A DNA stretch of 64,000 bases from Chloroflexota bacterium (GTDB taxonomy: Bacteria > Chloroflexota > UBA11872 > VXOZ01): assembly GCA_963663275.1 (NCBI GenBank), contig OY760183.1, positions 3,200,001-3,264,000 of the forward strand, given 5' to 3'. How positions within the stretch are numbered: the stretch's first letter is position 1; each line of letters opens with the position of its first letter. The position numbers and the translations under genes were made by a program. Below are positions 58,330 to 64,000 of this stretch, one piece after another. The notes under the pieces are model-generated. The model was not told the DNA's origin. It searched no databases and worked only from the letters and a program-made list of their open reading frames with translations.

Positions 58330-58363
58330 ACCCTGGCCTCGGCTATCTAAGTTCCCTCTCCTG

Positions 58364-58518
58364 GGGGCTGACAAGGGTATGTAAATGTCATTCCGAGCGG
58401 AGCGAGGAATCTAGAATTGACGATATTGCAGGGTAGCGCCTTAGATTCCTCTCTCCGCTGCGCTCCGTTCGGAATGACACGTGAAGTCGATTCTATAGTA
58501 CATACCCCTGTCAGCTCT
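58364..58518. mobile_element. 155-bp MITE (family M1) inserted in the loop of a CCCTCTCC/GGAGAGGG REP
   Basis: TIRs GGGGCTGACAAGGGTATGTA / TACATACCCCTGTCAGCTCT (17/20); CCTG (extendable to CTCTCCTGGGGG) directly repeated at both ends; excision restores the REP. Confidence 0.8.
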
Positions 58519-58562
58519 CCTGGGGGAGAGGGTTCGGGTGAGGGGGAAATACTGTCGCATCA

Positions 58563-58668
58563 CCGTAGCGCGGGGGCTTTCCCCCAATTGCTATCGCAAT
58601 CACGTAGCGCGGAGGCATGTCCCCATTGCTATCGCAACAACGTAGCGCGGGGGCTTGTCCCCCGCCGG
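58563..58668. repeat. ~39-bp tandem repeat x3 of a GTAG REP, decaying leftwards
   Basis: CGTAGCGCGG.GGC.T.TCCCC.ATTGCTATCGCAA x2, then an intact REP at 58642. Confidence 0.8.
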
Positions 58669-58700
58669 AGGAATGAAGAAAGTAGCAGCACGCGCCAACC

Positions 58701-59861
58701 ATGAAAATCATCGACATCGAAGCCCTCATGCCCCCAGCGTCCACGCGGCGTAGTTGGCTCGTGGCGGAGCGCATGGCCAGTCCCATGTCGGCCTACCCTG
58801 AGTACGCCGAAACCCGCAGTTCCTGGCAGGGCATGGTACCGCGCACCCTCGTCAGGATCACTACCGACGAGGGCATCGACGGCATTGGCGTGGGCGGCGG
58901 CGGCGCGCCCAGTTGCCACATCATCGAACACCACCTCAAGCCCCTGCTCCGCGGCCGGGACCCCCGCGACACGGAGAAACTCTGGGACCTCATGTTCCGC
59001 GCCACCCTCCCTTACGGGCGCAAGGGACTGCCCATCATGGCAGTCAGCGCCATCGACAACGCGTTGTGGGACATCAAGGGCAAAGCGGCCGGCGCGCCGG
59101 TCTACGCGCTGCTTGGCGGCAACACGCGCGGCTCCGGCAGCCAGCCGCCGCGCGTCTCCCTCTACGCCAGCGGCAACCGCAGCGAGGCCTACCCGCCCCT
59201 GGGATTTACGCGCAACAAGGTCTTCATGCGCTACGGCCCCTGGGACGGCACCGACGGCATGAGACGCAATGAGGCGCAAGTAGCCGCGGCCCGCGAGGCG
59301 CTGGGACCGGACAAACTCCTCATGGTGGACGCCTGGATGGGCTGGGACGTGCCCTATGCGCTGGCTATGGCCGCACGCCTGCGCCCGTACGACGTCCACT
59401 GGTTGGAAGAGCCGCTGCTTCCCGACGACTACGACGGCTACGCCGCGCTGCGCCGGCGCCTGCCGTGGCTGCACATTGCCTGCGGCGAGCATGAGTACAC
59501 CCACTACGGCTTCCATGAACTGATCCAACGGGGCTGCGCCGACGTGCTCCAGCCCGATCTGGCCTGGTGCGGCGGCATCACCACGGCCCGGCGGGTGGCG
59601 GCCATGGCCGAAACCCACGGCTTGCAGGTCATTCCCCACATCGGCGGCGCGCTGAGCTATCACTTCGTCGCGGCGCACGCGGTCTGTCCCATGGCCGAGT
59701 TCATCTTTGGCAGCGGCGACGGCACGCAAATTGCGCCCATCCATCCCTTCTTCGAGGGCGAACCCCTGCCTCAGAACGGCGAGGTTGCGCTGACCGGCGC
59801 GCCGGGTTGGGGACTGTCCCTCGCGCCTGATGCGGCCTTCGCCCGCCCGCATCCGACGTAG
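58701..59861 (+). CDS. L-rhamnonate dehydratase-like enolase-superfamily enzyme (paralog 2)
   Basis: Same motifs as paralog 1 (MVDAWM, WLEE, GEHEYT, IPH). Confidence 0.88.
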   Translation: MKIIDIEALMPPASTRRSWLVAERMASPMSAYPEYAETRSSWQGMVPRTLVRITTDEGIDGIGVGGGGAPSCHIIEHHLKPLLRGRDPRDTEKLWDLMFRATLPYGRKGLPIMAVSAIDNALWDIKGKAAGAPVYALLGGNTRGSGSQPPRVSLYASGNRSEAYPPLGFTRNKVFMRYGPWDGTDGMRRNEAQVAAAREALGPDKLLMVDAWMGWDVPYALAMAARLRPYDVHWLEEPLLPDDYDGYAALRRRLPWLHIACGEHEYTHYGFHELIQRGCADVLQPDLAWCGGITTARRVAAMAETHGLQVIPHIGGALSYHFVAAHAVCPMAEFIFGSGDGTQIAPIHPFFEGEPLPQNGEVALTGAPGWGLSLAPDAAFARPHPT

Positions 59862-59902
59862 ACGCCATCCCGCCGCGCCGCGTTTCTTGCCAGGACTTGC
59901 CG

Positions 59903-60664
59903 ATGATCATCGACGTACACGTCCACTACCGGAGCGACGCGCAACTCACGCAGGCGCTGCGCCAGGCCGAGCGGCTCGACGTGACGCTCTGCCTGAACAC
60001 GATCAATCTGGAAGGCAGCGTGTCGCCGCACCATCCGTCGGCGGCATTCGTGGCGGCCTGCAACGATCGCACGGCGGCGGCGGCGCGGGCGCATCCCCGG
60101 CGCGTGATTCCCTTCTGGTACCTCAATCCGGCGCACGGCGCGGCGGCCTGCGCGGAGTTGCGGCGGCGGATTGCGCGCCACCGGGGTTCTCAGGGTGTGA
60201 AACTCTGGATGGCGGCCAAGGCGAACGATCCCCGGCTCGATCCCGTGCTCGATCTTTGCGCGCGGTACAACCTGCCGGTCTTGCAGCACACCAATCTCGA
60301 GGCGGGCGGCACGCTCCCTACCGAGACCACGCCCCAGGAGATGCGCGCGGCGGCGTTGCGGCATCCCGGCGTCACCTTCTTGTGGGGTCACGCCGGCAGC
60401 GACGTGGAGTACGGCGTGAAGTGCGCCCTGGGTGTGCGCAACGTACTCATGGACATCGGCGGCAACGAGGCCACCAACGGCTACACCGAGACGCTCGTCC
60501 GCTACCTGGGCGCGGCGCGGGTCGTCTACGGCAGCGACGCCACCGGCCGGTCGTTCGCGTCGCAACTGGCAAAAGTCACGGGCGCGGACATCTCACCAGC
60601 GGCCCGGGCGAAGATTCTCCACCAAAACGCCGCGACGCTCTTTGCCCAACAGCGGTATGATTAG
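59903..60664 (+). CDS. Amidohydrolase_2 family protein (paralog 1)
   Basis: DVHVH, GVKL, LQH, GH and YGSD motifs. Confidence 0.88.
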   Translation: MIIDVHVHYRSDAQLTQALRQAERLDVTLCLNTINLEGSVSPHHPSAAFVAACNDRTAAAARAHPRRVIPFWYLNPAHGAAACAELRRRIARHRGSQGVKLWMAAKANDPRLDPVLDLCARYNLPVLQHTNLEAGGTLPTETTPQEMRAAALRHPGVTFLWGHAGSDVEYGVKCALGVRNVLMDIGGNEATNGYTETLVRYLGAARVVYGSDATGRSFASQLAKVTGADISPAARAKILHQNAATLFAQQRYD

Positions 60665-60744
60665 TATGCCAGCGGCGAGCGGGCATTAGCGGCACGGCAG
60701 CGTAAGACAGCGCGGCGCATACGGTGTTCCCTGTACGCCAACCG

Positions 60745-60904
60745 GCGGGGGACAAGCCCCCGCGCTACGTTAAGACATACGGCAGCGGGCAATTTCCCCT
60801 CACCCCGGCCCTCTCCCAGGGGAGAGGGGGTAAGAGTGGAGGCAAGAGGGCGCGGGGCGCCTCCGGTTCCCTCTCCCCGGGGGGAGAGGGTTAGGGTGAG
60901 GGGG
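60745..60904. repeat. REP cluster (reverse GTAG REP + CCCTCACCC/GGGAGAGGG inverted pair)
   Basis: GCGGGGGACAAGCCCCCGCGCTAC; CCCCTCACCCCGGCCCTCTCCC..GGGAGAGGG; CCCTCTCCCC..GGGAGAGGGTTAGGGTGAGGGG. Confidence 0.85.
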
Positions 60905-60957
60905 CGCTCGACGCGACGACAGGCGCAGCAACGAAGTCCTTCAACAGGCAAGAACCC

Positions 60958-61737
60958 ATGATCTACGACGTGCACGTCCACTTCCGCAGCGCGGCGATGA
61001 TGAAGCGCGCGCTGGCGCAGGCCGAGCGCCTGGACATGAAGCTCTGCACCAATAGCATCAACCTGGAAGGCAGTGCTTCACCCAACTTTCCTTCCCGCGA
61101 ATTCGTGACCGCCTGCAACGACCGCACGCTGGGCCTCGCGCGTCAGCATCCGCAGCGGGTAATTCCCTTCTGGTACCTCAACCCCACGCACGGGCAGTAC
61201 GCCTGCGACGAACTGGAACGCCGCGTCAAGGGCTATCGCGGACGCCAGGGCGTGAAACTCTGGGAGGCCATCCGGGGCAACGACCCGCAGTTGGACGGCG
61301 TCATGCAAATCTGCGCCCAGTACCGCCTGCCCGTGTTGCAGCACACCTTCGCGGAGGTCACGGGCAACCTGCCCACAGAGACTGGCGGCCCGGACATGCG
61401 GGAGATGGCGCTGCGGCATCCGGACGTCACTTTCTTCTTCGGCCACGCGGCCGGCGACATCGAGGTCGGCGCCAAGTGCGCGCTGGGACTCCCCAACGTC
61501 CTGATGGACGTGGGCGGCAACGAGGCCACCAACGGCTATACCGAGATCCTCGTCAAGTACGTCGGCGCGGAGCACGTCGTCTACGGCAGCGACGCCTCCG
61601 GCCGGTCGTTTGCCTCGCAACTGTCAAAGATTCTTGGCGCAGACCTGACCGCGGCGGAAAAGGACAAGATTCTCTCCACCAACGTGCAGCGCGTCTTCGA
61701 CCGGCAGCAGGCGCTGCGCGGTGCAGCGCCGGAATAG
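60958..61737 (+). CDS. Amidohydrolase_2 family protein (paralog 2)
   Basis: DVHVH, GVKL, LQH, GH and YGSD motifs; collinear with 59903-60664. Confidence 0.9.
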   Translation: MIYDVHVHFRSAAMMKRALAQAERLDMKLCTNSINLEGSASPNFPSREFVTACNDRTLGLARQHPQRVIPFWYLNPTHGQYACDELERRVKGYRGRQGVKLWEAIRGNDPQLDGVMQICAQYRLPVLQHTFAEVTGNLPTETGGPDMREMALRHPDVTFFFGHAAGDIEVGAKCALGLPNVLMDVGGNEATNGYTEILVKYVGAEHVVYGSDASGRSFASQLSKILGADLTAAEKDKILSTNVQRVFDRQQALRGAAPE

Positions 61738-61749
61738 GATGACACCCTC

Positions 61750-62583
61750 ATGATCGACGCAAACGCCTTTCTCGGCGAGTGGCCGTTCCGCCGCCTGCCC
61801 TATGCCCAGCCGGCAGACCGCCTGCGCAAGATGGACGCGCTTGGCATCGAGAAAGCGGTGGTCTCCCGCCTGGAAAACGTCTTCTATAAGGACCTCCTGG
61901 TGGGCAACGAGGAACTCCACGCCATCGCGCAGCAGTACCCCGACCGCTTCATTCCGGCGTACACCATCAATCCCGGCTTCCCCGGCTGGGAACACGACCT
62001 GGAAATCTGCATCAACGACTTCGGCATGAAGAACCTGCGCCTGCACCCGAACTACCATCAGTACAGCCGCCTCAAGGGCAACGTGCCGCGCATGGTCGAG
62101 GCCCGGGGTTATCCCAACTACCAGCAATACCACTTCTTGGACGACCAGGCGCAGGCGCTGCTGGGCAAGGCCGAGGAGCATAACCTGGTGGTGCTCATCT
62201 CCATCGGCGTGGAAGACCCCCGCTTTGCCCACTGGCTGATGAAAGTGCCCGCCGTGACCATGATCGACGCGGCGGAGGCGGTCAACGGCTTTCCGGGCGT
62301 GCGCTTCCTGGTCTGCGGTGCGACCTTCTCCGAGGTGCAAAGCCTCTGGTCCTACGCCTACCACCAGGACAGCCTCTACTTCGAGAACTCCCGCGTGCAG
62401 GGGCCAACCGGCGACGTGGACGACCTCTGCGCGCTCATGGGCCCTGACCGCCTGCTCTTCGGCTCGAATCTGCCGATAAACTACGCCGAATCCGCCAAGC
62501 TCAGCATCGAGCACGCCGACGTAGGCGAAGACGTGAAGCGGGCGCTCTTCAAGGGTAACGCGGAGCGGCTGTTCGGCGCGTAA
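61750..62583 (+). CDS. Amidohydrolase-fold protein (DANAFLGxWPFR subtype lacking HxH)
   Basis: INP, RLHPNYH, RLLFGS..P and GNAERLF motifs. Confidence 0.82.
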   Translation: MIDANAFLGEWPFRRLPYAQPADRLRKMDALGIEKAVVSRLENVFYKDLLVGNEELHAIAQQYPDRFIPAYTINPGFPGWEHDLEICINDFGMKNLRLHPNYHQYSRLKGNVPRMVEARGYPNYQQYHFLDDQAQALLGKAEEHNLVVLISIGVEDPRFAHWLMKVPAVTMIDAAEAVNGFPGVRFLVCGATFSEVQSLWSYAYHQDSLYFENSRVQGPTGDVDDLCALMGPDRLLFGSNLPINYAESAKLSIEHADVGEDVKRALFKGNAERLFGA

Positions 62584-62619
62584 GTATTCAGCCGGCACTC
62601 TCATAAGGAGGATCAGAAA

Positions 62620-62952
62620 ATGGACTTCTGGCGCGGTTATGGCGGGTTAGTCACCCTCGGTTGGCTCTGTGCCCTCGTCTTTGTGGCCTCGATCACCGAT
62701 GCCGCGCTGACGGAGAGCGAACTCGCGGCCCGGCTCGCGTACGGCCTTGCCGCCGTAGCGGCCGCGATTATCGTGTTGTCGCTCTTCCTGCAGCGGAGGC
62801 TGAAACGGCGGGTCGAGAGCAAGGTCGCAGAGTCCGAATCCATCAGCCTGGCCGACATCCAAACACTGGCGAAGTCAAACTCGACGCTACTGGAAGACGC
62901 CATTGCATTGCACCACACCCAAAGTGAGGACACGGGCAAGCCCGGCGGCTAG
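62620..62952 (+). CDS. Small two-TM hypothetical membrane protein
   Basis: AAGGAGG RBS; two hydrophobic helices followed by a basic stretch. Confidence 0.65.
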   Translation: MDFWRGYGGLVTLGWLCALVFVASITDAALTESELAARLAYGLAAVAAAIIVLSLFLQRRLKRRVESKVAESESISLADIQTLAKSNSTLLEDAIALHHTQSEDTGKPGG

Positions 62953-63056
62953 GTTTGCGAACAGATTAGCGGCAGGCAAGTTCCACCCCTAGCCGCCGTG
63001 TAGACCCTTATTACCCCTCCTGTCAGCGCCGGTCCGCGCAGCCTCCGGCGCACGCC

Positions 63057-63110
63057 TGTCAATCCTTTAGGGTTGACAGACCTCAGCGGTGAAGCATAGT
63101 GTATGCATAC
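63057..63110 (+). promoter_or_regulatory. Putative promoter with operator palindromes
   Basis: TTGACA at 63073 within the inverted repeat TGTCAATCC-TTTA-GGGTTGACA; candidate -10 CATAGT/TAGTGT; palindrome GTATGCATAC at 63101-63110. Confidence 0.5.
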
Positions 63111-63281
63111 GAGCAACGCAGGAACAGAGAGATAAGGAGGTGGCGGCCCACAATCCGGTCGATGCTCCGCCCGCTTCAGTTACGCTCATCGTCCTCATTT
63201 GGCGATCCCATGCCAATCAGCGCGCAGCATTGTCCCACGACAGTCGGAAGCCTTGAGTGGTGCAAGAACAGGAGACTACCA

Positions 63282-64000
63282 ATGTCTACAACGAAACTTT
63301 CCCGCAGAACGATGCTCGGCGGCGCGCTGGGCGTTACCGGCGCCGCCTTGCTCGCCGCGTGCGGCCAGGTGCAGACGGCGGCCGCGCCGGAAGCGCAGCA
63401 GGAGGAAGCCGCGCCGAAGGAAGCGGCCAAAGAAGCGCCCGCGATGGAGCATACCCCGGTCTGGGCGGTGTGGATGGGCGACGAAACCAGCCAACTGCGC
63501 TGGAACACCGCCATGGAACTATTTGGCGAGGAAAACCCCGAAGTCACCTGGAAGATCACCTGGGAGCACTGGAAGCGCAGCCTGCCGCCATTGCTGGCCG
63601 CCGGTGAAATCCCGGACATTGCCAATACCTCGTCGGCGCCGCACATTCTGGCGGAACAATGGCTGGACGCCGGCCCGATCATGGCCGCGGGCGGCATCAA
63701 TCAGGCCGACTACGCCGGGCGGCTCTTCGACGCCGTCACCTGGCGCGGCAAGACGATGGGTTTCCCCACCGGCTCGAACACCACCGCGCTCTTCTATAGA
63801 GGCGACATGTTCGACGAGGCGGGCCAGAATCCGCCAACCAGCGACATGTCCTGGGAAGAGACCATCGCGGTTTCCGCCGACATCGCCGGCCGCTTGAACC
63901 AAGGCGAGGAGCGCACGCGTTGGGGTATCTCCACCATGAGCTACGCCTGGAGTTATTTCCCCTTCCTCTACGCGGGCATGGTGGACTCCGACGGCAACCT
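63282..64000 (+). CDS. ABC transporter extracellular solute-binding lipoprotein, 3'-truncated by window edge
   Basis: AGGAG RBS; MSTTKLSRRTMLGG...LLAACG; LAAGEIPDI; open to the end of the window. Confidence 0.85.
   Translation, partial: MSTTKLSRRTMLGGALGVTGAALLAACGQVQTAAAPEAQQEEAAPKEAAKEAPAMEHTPVWAVWMGDETSQLRWNTAMELFGEENPEVTWKITWEHWKRSLPPLLAAGEIPDIANTSSAPHILAEQWLDAGPIMAAGGINQADYAGRLFDAVTWRGKTMGFPTGSNTTALFYRGDMFDEAGQNPPTSDMSWEETIAVSADIAGRLNQGEERTRWGISTMSYAWSYFPFLYAGMVDSDGN

Overview
High-GC bacterial chromosome segment, most likely Chloroflexota. Evidence: a YFxxTGHxV surface repeat, TAT-like 'AACG' solute-binding lipoproteins, and paralogous enolases, amidohydrolases and Gfo/Idh/MocA enzymes. 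FN3-like, Cache, PaREP1 and DUF1640 genes resemble sponge-associated lineages (inference only). Most of the window is metabolism: CoA-transferase/thiolase/reductase, zwf-pgi-tal-rpiB, pyk, glycerate kinase, argC, argJ, uppP, pduO, aldolases and sugar-acid dehydratases. Three non-routine layers stand out. (1) At the left end, a ~3.2 kb integrase-free cassette sits at the 3' end of tRNA-Val(GAC). It is bounded by two ~83-bp att-like direct repeats (hairpin arm plus tRNA 3' core) and carries only secreted repeat-protein genes. The far att has the same arm and what looks like the C-terminal tail of a serine recombinase, suggesting a tandem, integron-like cassette stack continuing left of the window. 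(2) A dense repeat ecosystem with no transposase in the window: about six REP-like palindrome families, TIR-bounded MITEs inserted in the loop of one REP family, conserved palindromic scaffolds with variable centres, and many 18-90 bp tandem duplications, most anchored on REP edges. Two REPs are translated in frame inside proteins. (3) A lone AT-richer AIPR-type defence gene. All calls come from motif recognition by eye; no database searches were run, and start codons are best guesses.
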